Source of the DNA: a virus
Taxonomy: Duplodnaviria > Caudoviricetes
Virus record (IMG/VR): IMGVR_UViG_3300032239_001501
Span: 1 to 64,000 of that record
DNA: 64,000 nucleotides
Direction: 5' to 3' (one strand)
A program made the translations under genes and the position numbers. Each line of letters begins with the position of its first letter. Positions within the stretch are counted from its first letter, which is position 1. Shown in pieces: positions 21,515 through 31,028 of the stretch. The notes under the pieces are model-generated. The model was not told the DNA's origin, searched no databases, and saw only the letters and a program-made list of their open reading frames with translations.

Positions 21515-23941
21515 TTAAGATGAGCAACCGAAACATTCAAACGGACTGTCTTCTGGTTTAACTGGTGCAGTTACATCATTATATTCTACTTTTGGTATTT
21601 CTACTTTTAATTTAGGTTTTTCCATTTTAGACATATCTAAAGCTAAGTGTTTAGCTCCTGTAGATATTGCCTTTGTTCTAACATAATAACATAAAGTTTT
21701 CAATCCTTTTTTCCACGAATGGAAATGTGATGATGAAATCTTAGATAATGTTGGGTTAGACATATAGATATTCATTGATTGCGATTGGTCAATAAATGGT
21801 GCTCTATCAGCTGCCATATCAATCAACTCTCTTTGAGAGATTTCCCAAATTGTTTTATACTTACTAATCAAATGTTCAGTTCTTTTAACTTTCTTAAGAT
21901 AATTTTTATCTTCAGGATCTAAATAAAGATTAAAATTAATATTTTGAATTGACCCCTCATTAATAATAATTTCATTTTTAATTTCTTCAGACCAAATACC
22001 TAACTTTTCAAAATCACTAATTAGATATTTGTTAACAATCATAATTTCACCACCAACAACTCTTCTATTAAATAAAGCCGAGTGTGCAGGTTCTGTCATT
22101 TCAAATGAACCTGTTATCTTTGCTGAAGACGCTACTGGCATTTGTGCCGTGAACAAGCTATTACATATACCAAATTCTTTAACGTCCTCTTTTAATTGAG
22201 ACCAATCTAAAAATAAATCAGATTCATTTAATTCCCACATATCAAATTGAAATATTCCTTTTGACATTGGTGACCCTTTGAATAAGTCATATGGTTTTCT
22301 AATACCTTTCTTACATAAATCATTACTTTCTGTAACTGCCGCAAAATAAATTGCTTCAAAAATATTTTTATTTAATGATTTAGCTTCTTCAGATGTAAAA
22401 ATATAATCCATCAAATAAAATACGTCGGCCAATCCTTGAGTTCCAATCGCAATTGCTCTTTGTTCACGTCCTCCCTTTTCACCTTTTTCAGTTGAGTAGT
22501 TATTAATATCAACAACATTATTCAATGCTCTTACAACTTTTCTTGTTTCTTGAATTAATAGTTCGTAATCAAATTTACCATCTTTTACGAAATTCTTTAA
22601 TACTATTGAAGATAAGGTACAAATTGCTGTTGTTTTTTCATCGGTATATTGATAAATCTCATTACACAAATTTGATTGTTTAATTACACCAATATTTTGA
22701 TGATTTGTTTTTTTATTAGCACTATCTTTTGAACATAAATAAGGAACACCACTTTCAACTTGAGACTCAATTATTTTATTCCAAATGTCTTGAGCTTTAA
22801 CTTTTTTACCAATACCGATTTTAATTGCAAGTTCATAGTTCTTTTCATATTCTTCACCATAACATTCTTGTAATGCTTTAATACCTGCTTTTTTAATATC
22901 GTTAGGACAGAATAAATACCAATCTCCATTATCAATTACCGCTCTCATAAAATTATCAGGTATCCAAAGTGCTGTAAATAAATCTCTCGCTCTTAATTCT
23001 TCAGCTCCTGTATTTTTTTTAATTTCCAATAAATCCATAATGTCTTTATGCCAAGGTTCCATATAAATTGCCGCACTACCTGGTCTTCTACCTTGTTGAT
23101 TAAAGAACCTTAATGACTCATTAACAATCTTAAGATATTTTAATAAACCACCTGCATATCCTCCTGATGATTTAATACGACTTTCTTTACTTCTGATATT
23201 AGACATACATAATCCAATACCCGCAGCATCTGATGAATACCTTGAAATATCATTCATAGTTGCTAATAAACCTTCACGAGAATCTGAATTATTGTAATGT
23301 AATACACAAGATGCCAACTGAGGAACTTTTGTTCCAGAATTAATCATTATTGGAGTTGCTGGTGATATCAATTGATTTGACAATGAATTATAATATTCAA
23401 TCGCCTCTTCAAGTGTATTGGTTACCCAAATAGCAACTCTCATATACATATGTTGTGGTCTTTCAATTACTCTACCTTCAGGTGTTTTTAACAAATACAT
23501 TTCTTGTAAAGATCTCCAAGCAAAGTAATCAAAATTATAATCATTTTCATGATTGATATGACTATCAATAACTGAAGGATTATACCTTTCAAGTTTTTCC
23601 ATAAAATCATCATTCACAATACCATCAACGTGTAAGGTATGCATAGTATTTGAGAAACTTGGATCAGTTTCTTTGTGATATGAAGATATTGCGACTGATG
23701 ACGCCAATCTTGAATAATCGTGATGACTACCTGTGTAAGCCGCAGCAATCTCATAAACTAATTTATCTAATTCTTTTGTTGTAATAATTCCCTCAGTTGG
23801 TACTGAAGTTATTACTTTTATAAAAATTTCATCAGAATTAACATTTAAACCTTTAGCGGCTCTTTTAATTCTATTGTAAATTTTTTGGGGATTGAAAGAC
23901 GCGTCTTCTCCACCCCTTTTTTTAATTTTAAGTGACATCAT
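21515..23941 (-). CDS. nrdA: Ribonucleotide reductase class Ia alpha subunit with ATP cone
   Basis: N-terminal IKKRGG ATP cone, SPATP, QLASC, SNLCNEI, MPVASS, DQSQS, KTLCYY, C-terminal CxxC. Confidence 0.97.
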   Translation of the reverse strand: MMSLKIKKRGGEDASFNPQKIYNRIKRAAKGLNVNSDEIFIKVITSVPTEGIITTKELDKLVYEIAAAYTGSHHDYSRLASSVAISSYHKETDPSFSNTMHTLHVDGIVNDDFMEKLERYNPSVIDSHINHENDYNFDYFAWRSLQEMYLLKTPEGRVIERPQHMYMRVAIWVTNTLEEAIEYYNSLSNQLISPATPIMINSGTKVPQLASCVLHYNNSDSREGLLATMNDISRYSSDAAGIGLCMSNIRSKESRIKSSGGYAGGLLKYLKIVNESLRFFNQQGRRPGSAAIYMEPWHKDIMDLLEIKKNTGAEELRARDLFTALWIPDNFMRAVIDNGDWYLFCPNDIKKAGIKALQECYGEEYEKNYELAIKIGIGKKVKAQDIWNKIIESQVESGVPYLCSKDSANKKTNHQNIGVIKQSNLCNEIYQYTDEKTTAICTLSSIVLKNFVKDGKFDYELLIQETRKVVRALNNVVDINNYSTEKGEKGGREQRAIAIGTQGLADVFYLMDYIFTSEEAKSLNKNIFEAIYFAAVTESNDLCKKGIRKPYDLFKGSPMSKGIFQFDMWELNESDLFLDWSQLKEDVKEFGICNSLFTAQMPVASSAKITGSFEMTEPAHSALFNRRVVGGEIMIVNKYLISDFEKLGIWSEEIKNEIIINEGSIQNINFNLYLDPEDKNYLKKVKRTEHLISKYKTIWEISQRELIDMAADRAPFIDQSQSMNIYMSNPTLSKISSSHFHSWKKGLKTLCYYVRTKAISTGAKHLALDMSKMEKPKLKVEIPKVEYNDVTAPVKPEDSPFECFGCSS

Positions 23942-23961
23942 AATGTAATAATAAGGTTTTT

Positions 23962-24909
23962 TTAGAAATCTTCAACAAATGTTAACGTTTCGTTGAGTTT
24001 TGCTTTTTGATATTCAACTGTTCTTGATTCAAAAAAGTTACCTTTTGTTTCAACAGCAATTTGTTCCATGAATTTGAATGGTTGTTCAACATTAAATTCT
24101 TTACTACAACCTAGTTTAATTAAAAGTCCATCAGTAACAAATTCAAGATATTGTTTCATTAAATTTGAATTCATACCAATTAGAGATACTGGTAATGATT
24201 CTGTGATAAACTCCTTTTCAATTTCCAACGCAGATAATAGAATTTCTTTAATTCTTTTTTCAGTTGGTTTATCTTGAATGTGGTTGTTCAATAAATGAAT
24301 TGCGAAATCGCAGTGTAGATTTTCATCTTTAAAAATAAGTGAGTTGGCGTTACATAATCCTTGCATGATACCTCTTGATTTCAACCAAAATATTGAACAG
24401 AATGAACCAGAAAAGAAAATTCCTTCAACTGCTGCAAAAGCAATTAATCTTTCCGAAAAAGTTGAATTCTTAATCCAATCTAATGCCCAAGTTGCTTTCT
24501 TTTTAACTGCAGGTAATCTATCAATTGCATGGAAACATTCATCTTTATCTTGAGGATTTGAGACATAAGTATCAATCAATAATGAATACATCAAACTATG
24601 GATATTCTCCATCATTAATTGAAACCCGTAGAAAAATTTTGCTTCAGGATATTGTACTTCTTTAAGGAAATTTTCAGCTAAGTTTTCATTTACAATACCA
24701 TCCGAAGCAGCAAAAAATGCCAATATATTTTTAACGAAATACTGTTCGTTTTCAGAAAGATTTGCCCAATCTCTAATATCTCCTGTTAAATCAACTTCTT
24801 CCGCTGTCCAAAATGCCGCTTGATGCATCTTATAATATTCCCATATATCATTATGTTGAATTGGGAATATCACAAATCTATCAGGGTTCTCTACTAAAAT
24901 CTTTTCCAT
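23962..24909 (-). CDS. nrdB: Ribonucleotide reductase class Ia beta subunit
   Basis: [47 protein letters not shown]. Confidence 0.97.
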   Translation of the reverse strand: MEKILVENPDRFVIFPIQHNDIWEYYKMHQAAFWTAEEVDLTGDIRDWANLSENEQYFVKNILAFFAASDGIVNENLAENFLKEVQYPEAKFFYGFQLMMENIHSLMYSLLIDTYVSNPQDKDECFHAIDRLPAVKKKATWALDWIKNSTFSERLIAFAAVEGIFFSGSFCSIFWLKSRGIMQGLCNANSLIFKDENLHCDFAIHLLNNHIQDKPTEKRIKEILLSALEIEKEFITESLPVSLIGMNSNLMKQYLEFVTDGLLIKLGCSKEFNVEQPFKFMEQIAVETKGNFFESRTVEYQKAKLNETLTFVEDF

Positions 24910-24928
24910 AGTTTATTTTTTAATTTTA

Positions 24929-26314
24929 TTATAATTTTTGTTTTAATTGTTCTTCTTTTTCTTTTCTTTTTTCCATAAGTTCTTTAACTCTATCTCTTTT
25001 TCTTTCTTCTTGTTGTTCTTCAAATCCTAAAAATGTTACTGAAGTTTCAGTATCTATTTCAAGAAGTTCATTATTAAATTTACAGTTTTCAAATACAACA
25101 CCATCTTTACCTATTCTTGATTTAGTGATTGCAATTGTTGCTAAATTCATTTCTTTTTGTTGTAATGATTTTGCCACCGTTATAATAACGTGACCAACTT
25201 GAGCCTTTTTAATTGACCCACCCATTTGGTCTGTAGTAACAACATCTGATGAAATTGAACTTCTATTACCTTGTGTTGCTGTCCAACCAACAAGACTTAA
25301 TTCATGACACATAGACTCAAATCCTCTCATTACAGAACCTTCAGCTTTCCATTCATCTTTACTTGAACTTTCAGGTAATACACAATCAATGTAGTCCAAA
25401 AGGATTAAATCAATTCTGGTACCATCAGCAATCATTTTCCTAACTTGATTCTTAATCTGATTCATAGTCATACTATCAGATGATAATTTCTTTAGAATCA
25501 ATTCATTCTTCATAGTCTCATGAACTTCATTGATTTTAGACATAACCTCTTCTTTATGAAGAACAAGATTATCAGGTGCAATACCTGTCCAAAGGGTAAA
25601 ATGTTTTCTTTGTACAATCTTTGGATTGTCTTCAAAAAATATCTGAAGAACATTATATCCAAGATTAAACGCAGTATTCGCAATCTTTGTTAAGATGGTT
25701 GTCTTACCAACCCCCGTTGGAGCTAATATAACCCCTATCTCACCCTTTGCTAATCCACCCTTAAGTAGTTTATCAATTCCTGATATACCTATCGGTATTG
25801 GGTGTCTAAAGTCCTCATCAAGGACTGTATCAAGGTTAGCAAAGATATCTGTAATTCCTGTGTCTCTTTCTCCCACTTGTAAAGCTTCTCTAACAAGACC
25901 CTCAACCTTATCATAAGATTCAAAATCACCTTCATTAATAATCTTTTGAGCCTTGTCCATCGCCTTTTGAAGTTCTTGTTGTTTACAAAACTTCAATGCC
26001 TTTTCCTGAACAAAAAGAGTTCCCTCTAACGGAGCATTCTTAATTTGTTTGATTGTATCAACAACAATTTTAGCAACAAGTTCTTGTGAAATTTCCGACT
26101 TAACAATTTGGTCTAAAGTTTCAAAGTTAGGAGTAGATTCATATTTCTTATAATACTCCTTAGTCATCTGTAAGATGATTTTAAAGTATTTGTTATCAAA
26201 ATAAGAACTCTCAATAACATCCATAATTGATGAAGAAAACTCTCTATCAACCACTATCTGATTCAATAATTGTAACTGAAAAGTGTTCCCTAAATATTCA
26301 AAATTCTTATTCAT
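24929..26314 (-). CDS. Replicative DNA helicase (DnaB / T4 gp41-like)
   Basis: Walker A APTGVGKT, Walker B ILLDYID, TATQGNR, KSR motif. Confidence 0.92.
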   Translation of the reverse strand: MNKNFEYLGNTFQLQLLNQIVVDREFSSSIMDVIESSYFDNKYFKIILQMTKEYYKKYESTPNFETLDQIVKSEISQELVAKIVVDTIKQIKNAPLEGTLFVQEKALKFCKQQELQKAMDKAQKIINEGDFESYDKVEGLVREALQVGERDTGITDIFANLDTVLDEDFRHPIPIGISGIDKLLKGGLAKGEIGVILAPTGVGKTTILTKIANTAFNLGYNVLQIFFEDNPKIVQRKHFTLWTGIAPDNLVLHKEEVMSKINEVHETMKNELILKKLSSDSMTMNQIKNQVRKMIADGTRIDLILLDYIDCVLPESSSKDEWKAEGSVMRGFESMCHELSLVGWTATQGNRSSISSDVVTTDQMGGSIKKAQVGHVIITVAKSLQQKEMNLATIAITKSRIGKDGVVFENCKFNNELLEIDTETSVTFLGFEEQQEERKRDRVKELMEKRKEKEEQLKQKL

Positions 26315-26349
26315 AATTGTTTTAAATTCACCCCCTATTAATTAAATAC

Positions 26350-26802
26350 TTACTTACTCAAGTCAAATTCCAAATATTTGTAAGTTAATTTGTTTTCTGA
26401 AAAAATGTCAGTCAACTCCCTCAATACATCTTTTAAAAATGGTCTTACGTCAACAGTATAACGAACTTTTGGTGGAAATAATTTTCCGTCAAAAAATCTA
26501 TGACAAATTGTCTGCTCCCCAACTTTAACAAAAATGTTAAAAATTTCTGGCTCATCAGTGAAAGATGTTTCCATAATTTTTTGGTCATGACTAATTGCTT
26601 CTTGGTTATCCATCATGTAGATAACCGTCTTCATTTTTAGGTAATATTGTAACTCTTCCTTTAGTGATTTAATATACTCATAAAGGTCTACAGAGTTTTT
26701 TGCCTTTGGGTTAAAACCCCTAACATTAAAAAATCTTTGGACTACAATATTGTCGTTTAACGTCAATAAGAACTCCATCTTTGTGCTGTCTTGTTCTTTC
26801 AT
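26350..26802 (-). CDS. Hypothetical protein in the replication cluster
   Basis: 150-aa ORF between the exonuclease and helicase genes. Confidence 0.65.
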   Translation of the reverse strand: MKEQDSTKMEFLLTLNDNIVVQRFFNVRGFNPKAKNSVDLYEYIKSLKEELQYYLKMKTVIYMMDNQEAISHDQKIMETSFTDEPEIFNIFVKVGEQTICHRFFDGKLFPPKVRYTVDVRPFLKDVLRELTDIFSENKLTYKYLEFDLSK

Positions 26803-26805
26803 AAT

Positions 26806-27807
26806 TTAATTTTTGTTTGTATTTCTTTTTTCTTTTCTAATTAACTTCATAAATGGTTTGAGAAAATTTACCCAAGCCTCATCATTCTTGGGAAGATACT
26901 TAAAGAGACCATCATCCATCATCATTCTCATTAAGTTTTTGTAACCCCTATCAGTAGGGTCAATCCTATCATTATAAACTTCTTCTACAAATTGTTTGGA
27001 TTCTTCTGTTAGTAATGGGGTTGATAAATCAACTATCTTTTTGTTTGTGATATAAAACTCTTCTCCAAATATACCACTTTTTGTCTTACCAGTCAAAATA
27101 TTTGTTAAACTTTTAATAGGTTTGTTTTGCGTGATGTTTCGTGCATTATCTAATATTTCATTAATAGTGCATGATTTAGACAGCATTTCAGGGAATAATT
27201 TCACTAAAGTTTTTTCACCCAATCCCTGAATCCCATCAATATTATCTGACTTATCTCCAACAAAAATTTTACATACCGCAACATTATAATGCGGTATCTC
27301 AACCTTGTTTAAAGTAATCATATCACCATTCTTATAATATTGTTTAGATACTGGTGAATAAATTGTTACTCGTTCTGATATTAGTTGGGTGAGATCTTTA
27401 TCACCTGAGAAGATAATAATCTGTTCGTCTTTTGCAATCTGACAATAATAAGCAATTAAGTCATCAGCCTCATTGTTATCAATCTCAACTTGTCTAACAA
27501 ATACTTCTTCCAAATATTCTTTAATCCTACCTCTTTGAGTAAGATATGATTCATAAATTTCATCAGTACCTGTTTGAGTTCTATTTGCCTTGTATTGGGG
27601 GTATAATAATTTTCTTGCGGATGAGTTAGATTCTCCATCCCACATAACAATCACTTTATCGTGATTATGTTCTTCTAAAAATTTACGAAGCATATTGATG
27701 AAGTGATATACTCCACCAATATGATTGCCATCGTAAAAAAGTTCCTTTGCTCCGTGAAACCCTATTTTAAAAAGATTGTTACCGTCTACTAAAAGTGTTT
27801 TGGTCAC
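26806..27807 (-). CDS. 5'-3' exonuclease / flap endonuclease (T4 RNase H or PolI N-domain-like); GTG start
   Basis: LLVDGNN, YKANR, EADDLIA, SGDKDL, GDKSDNIDGIQGLGEKT. Confidence 0.93.
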   Translation of the reverse strand: MTKTLLVDGNNLFKIGFHGAKELFYDGNHIGGVYHFINMLRKFLEEHNHDKVIVMWDGESNSSARKLLYPQYKANRTQTGTDEIYESYLTQRGRIKEYLEEVFVRQVEIDNNEADDLIAYYCQIAKDEQIIIFSGDKDLTQLISERVTIYSPVSKQYYKNGDMITLNKVEIPHYNVAVCKIFVGDKSDNIDGIQGLGEKTLVKLFPEMLSKSCTINEILDNARNITQNKPIKSLTNILTGKTKSGIFGEEFYITNKKIVDLSTPLLTEESKQFVEEVYNDRIDPTDRGYKNLMRMMMDDGLFKYLPKNDEAWVNFLKPFMKLIRKEKRNTNKN

Positions 27808-27839
27808 TTTATTTATTTAATCCGTGAGTAAAATTGTTT

Positions 27840-28823
27840 CTATTCTGTAATGTCATCACCTGATTCTTCTAATACAATTTCACCTGTACCAGAAAGAATT
27901 CCATTCCAATATTGGGAATACTCTTTCTTATAAGTTTCTAATGCTTCTTTAGTATCATCAATATACCCTTGAGGAACCGCAATTAATTTACCGTCATTAT
28001 ATCCCAAACCATTTACATGGTTCTTCAAAATTGAAATCTTAGTTCTGATTGCATATCTCACAGTTCTTCCTCCTTTGGTTGCGGTAATGTGATTAATCCC
28101 TGCACTTGCTTGGTTACCAAAAAGAAACACCAATGAAGACGCTAACCATAAAGCTTCACCACCTTTTGCTTTAATTGTTGGTTGTCCAAATGGATTGTCA
28201 GGAAGAGCAACCCATGGCTGATTAACAACCACTAAAGTATTATAATAGGCATAATCTTCTTTCTTTGATTTAGAAATTCTTGAGTGAACCCCCATACCAA
28301 TTTTATCGGCAAGTGTTGCTGCGTTATGTTGCTTTCCACCCTTACCATCAAAAGTCATCTTACAAGGAATTGAACCAACTGAATCCCAAAGGAATAAAAT
28401 AGATTGTGGTATGTCTCCTTTCTCTTGAGCATCTAAGACTTCATTAATAAAGTCAGTAACTTGTTCAATATAATCAAATCCATCATTAAAGATAAAATCA
28501 CCATCCCATTCACCATCTGAGTTCTTTTTAGCATCCAATCCTAATTCAACAGCATGTTCCCAACTCCATTTCTTTTCAGTAATGATAAAAACAGGTAAAT
28601 GACCTTTCTTTTGAGCATCAGCTGCAGCCAAAATCATAGCGGTTGTTTTAGAACTATTACTATGTCCCAAGAACATATTAATACCTCCCATAACAGGACC
28701 TGGTAATCCACTTGCACTTAAGAACGACTCACCACAATTATAGTAGCTTGTTTCTTTATATTTTGTTTTTGTTGAGAATTTATCTTTAAATCCACCAACA
28801 CTATCTTTTTTCTTAATTGCCAT
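27840..28823 (-). CDS. recA: RecA/UvsX-like recombinase
   Basis: P-loop variant GHSNSSKTT, Walker B LWDSVG, VVNQ, KGGEA; near the SSB gene. Confidence 0.82.
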   Translation of the reverse strand: MAIKKKDSVGGFKDKFSTKTKYKETSYYNCGESFLSASGLPGPVMGGINMFLGHSNSSKTTAMILAAADAQKKGHLPVFIITEKKWSWEHAVELGLDAKKNSDGEWDGDFIFNDGFDYIEQVTDFINEVLDAQEKGDIPQSILFLWDSVGSIPCKMTFDGKGGKQHNAATLADKIGMGVHSRISKSKKEDYAYYNTLVVVNQPWVALPDNPFGQPTIKAKGGEALWLASSLVFLFGNQASAGINHITATKGGRTVRYAIRTKISILKNHVNGLGYNDGKLIAVPQGYIDDTKEALETYKKEYSQYWNGILSGTGEIVLEESGDDITE

Positions 28824-29103
28824 TTTCTATTTTTTTAATCATTGGTAATTTGTTAATTTTTGGTACTTTATAGAAGATAGAGTCTTCCTCATATAAGGAA
28901 CCCAATTCTTCTTCGTGAAAGGTTACTAATTTATGATTAATTTCTCCCCCTTCACCTTCTCTCAACATACCAAATAAAACTGTATCACCAATTTGTTTTG
29001 CTCTGCCAGAAAAATATCCTTTATCTTTTAATTGACTCAATATCTCATAAGATAATGTTTTATTATCTCTTGATTGTAATTCAATTTCTTCTTTAAATGT
29101 CAT
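28813..29103 (-). CDS. Hypothetical protein (start likely ATG 29103, MTFKEEIELQ)
   Basis: The track start at 29142 overlaps a terminator-like hairpin, so the internal ATG is more plausible. Confidence 0.55.
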   Translation of the reverse strand: MTFKEEIELQSRDNKTLSYEILSQLKDKGYFSGRAKQIGDTVLFGMLREGEGGEINHKLVTFHEEELGSLYEEDSIFYKVPKINKLPMIKKIENGN

Positions 29104-29112
29104 AATAGTATG

Positions 29113-29140
29113 ATAAAAGGGTGGAGAATTAACTCCACCC
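29113..29140 (-). terminator. Intrinsic terminator after the SSB gene
   Basis: gggtggag-aattaa-ctccaccc hairpin followed by UUUUAU on the minus strand. Confidence 0.65.
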
Positions 29141-29148
29141 AATATAAT

Positions 29149-30006
29149 TTAGAATGGTAAATCCGTATCAATTTCTGCCTCTTCTTGTGGGTCAGCAACT
29201 TTTGCCGATGATTTCTTACTTCCACCAAAAGTTTCCGAAGAAACTGTTGAATCTCCATAAGCATATCCACCTTTTTCAGTATCCCATTTTGGAGTTTCTC
29301 CACGAGCAATTGCTTCAAGATATTCAACAGGTTTTTTAGAATATACATCTAACCAAGTTAATTCGTCATTAACCCAAGCCTTTAATTGTGCATCTTCTTC
29401 ATGAAGTAAACTTGGATCATCATGCATAATAGTTGATACCGCAGTGTACTCTTTACCATTTGGAGCTTTTGATTTGTTTAACTCAATGATAAGGTCACGT
29501 CCTTTTTCAGGGTCAGTAATATCACCTTTGTTTCTCCAAATTGGAATGATTTTATCCAAGATACCATCATTCTTATAGTTATGTTTAAATCTCCAAAACT
29601 TTGGGCCATCTTCTTCGTGGTCTCTATCAATAACCTTAACAATATAAAACTTACGAGACTTATATTGTTTTGCCAATTCTTTATCAGAATCTTTACCCGT
29701 AGACATCAACTCTTCATAAACCTCATTTAAAGGTGAACGCTCGTTGTCATTTTTTGCTGGATCATAAAACTTTTGCCATTGTCCACCTACTTGGATTTCG
29801 TGGTACCATGCTTCTTTAAATGGTGAAGAACCATCTGTTGTTGGAAGAATTCTTACTCTTCTTTGTCCTGACTTCTCTTTATCACTAAGGATTAAAGCGA
29901 AATACTTTTTCATTCTTTCGTCTTGCGACATTTTGAACTGTGGGCCTGCCCCTTGTTGTTTTGTTTTTTCATACTGTGCCAATACGGCGTCTAATACATT
30001 ACTCAT
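29149..30006 (-). CDS. Single-stranded DNA-binding protein (T4 gp32-like)
   Basis: RVRILP, FYIVKVIDRD, DITDPEKGRDL, acidic C-terminal tail ending DTDLPF. Confidence 0.85.
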   Translation of the reverse strand: MSNVLDAVLAQYEKTKQQGAGPQFKMSQDERMKKYFALILSDKEKSGQRRVRILPTTDGSSPFKEAWYHEIQVGGQWQKFYDPAKNDNERSPLNEVYEELMSTGKDSDKELAKQYKSRKFYIVKVIDRDHEEDGPKFWRFKHNYKNDGILDKIIPIWRNKGDITDPEKGRDLIIELNKSKAPNGKEYTAVSTIMHDDPSLLHEEDAQLKAWVNDELTWLDVYSKKPVEYLEAIARGETPKWDTEKGGYAYGDSTVSSETFGGSKKSSAKVADPQEEAEIDTDLPF

Positions 30007-30026
30007 ATTTATATGTTTTATTGTTC

Positions 30027-30060
30027 TATAAATATAAGTGAATATATTCCTTATGTCAAA
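30027..30060 (-). promoter_or_regulatory. Composite promoter: TTGACA-N17-TATATT overlapping TATTTATA
   Basis: Sense tTTGACA taaggaatatattcact TATATTTATAg, 20 nt upstream of the SSB ATG. Confidence 0.7.
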
Positions 30061-30061
30061 T

Positions 30062-30087
30062 AAAAAAGGTCATCTTCCGATGACCTT
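30062..30087 (-). terminator. Intrinsic terminator with a GGAA tetraloop
   Basis: Minus-strand aaggtcatc-GGAA-gatgacctt followed by a U-tract; separates the late hub unit from the SSB promoter. Confidence 0.8.
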
Positions 30088-30104
30088 CACTATTTTTATT
30101 TTTT

Positions 30105-30773
30105 TTACATTAAATCGTCTTCAGTTGGTTGGAAAGATTTTTTAATATCATTTTGATTAATATCTGAAACTTCATCCGAAGTTAAAACATAATCATGTTT
30201 TCCTGTTTTTTCCATCTCTTCTTGTTTGTCTGTAAAAAAATCTGATAACTTTTGATTAAAAGGATATGAATCATAAGTTCTTAATTCCAATTTTTCTTGT
30301 GGAGTTTTTTCTCTATATTTTTCAATCTTAGCCTCAAGTGTATTAAGTTTAGACATAATTTGGTCCATTTCACCTAATCTTGATTCCAATTTATTTAATT
30401 GACCAAATAAGTTTTCAAAATATTCATCTTGTTTTGTTTGAATGCTTTTTTGAGAATCAACTAGCTCAGTAATATCTAATTCTCCTGATTCATTACTATC
30501 ATCTTTTTTTTCTTCAGAATCACCATCGTCATCAATCTTCTCAACATCAGGGTCATTCGCAACATCAATAGGTTGAGGTGTTGCAGGTACCTCTGGTGCC
30601 GCAGGAGGAGCTGCTGCTCCTGCATCAGGCGCTGGTGGTGGTGCAATTGCACCTAAACCAGCTGCTGGATCTGGTGGAGGTGGAGCATCTTGTTCCATAA
30701 TATATTTGTTGATATTTCTATATCTCTGTATTTCGTTAATAATTTTTTTATCCATGCTCATATTTTTATCCAT
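30105..30773 (-). CDS. Pro/Ala-rich acidic coiled-coil protein, possibly a capsid-internal or scaffold-like protein
   Basis: N-terminal KKIINEIQRY..IMEQ, PPPPDPAA tract, coiled coil. Confidence 0.55.
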   Translation of the reverse strand: MDKNMSMDKKIINEIQRYRNINKYIMEQDAPPPPDPAAGLGAIAPPPAPDAGAAAPPAAPEVPATPQPIDVANDPDVEKIDDDGDSEEKKDDSNESGELDITELVDSQKSIQTKQDEYFENLFGQLNKLESRLGEMDQIMSKLNTLEAKIEKYREKTPQEKLELRTYDSYPFNQKLSDFFTDKQEEMEKTGKHDYVLTSDEVSDINQNDIKKSFQPTEDDLM

Positions 30774-30990
30774 TTAAAAGTTGTTTTATTCCTTTTGATG
30801 TTTCAACTCTAACTCTTCTGTTAGCCGTTGTTTGATGTCCCGCTCTTTCAATTAGTCCATCTCTTTCTCTTACTGTATAACAATCACCAGTATCCAAGTC
30901 ACAAACTTGTTTACTTCCGTCACCGTTATCTTCCTCAGAATATCTTACCGATTTTCCAAGATAATTATTTAATGCTAATTTTATGTCCAT
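30766..30990 (-). CDS. Small hypothetical protein (CDLDTGDC motif)
   Basis: 74-aa ORF with TATTTATA 12 nt upstream (31003-31010). Confidence 0.6.
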   Translation of the reverse strand: MDIKLALNNYLGKSVRYSEEDNGDGSKQVCDLDTGDCYTVRERDGLIERAGHQTTANRRVRVETSKGIKQLLNG

Positions 30991-31028
30991 AAAAGTCTTT
31001 TATATAAATATATGAATACATTGTTAAA

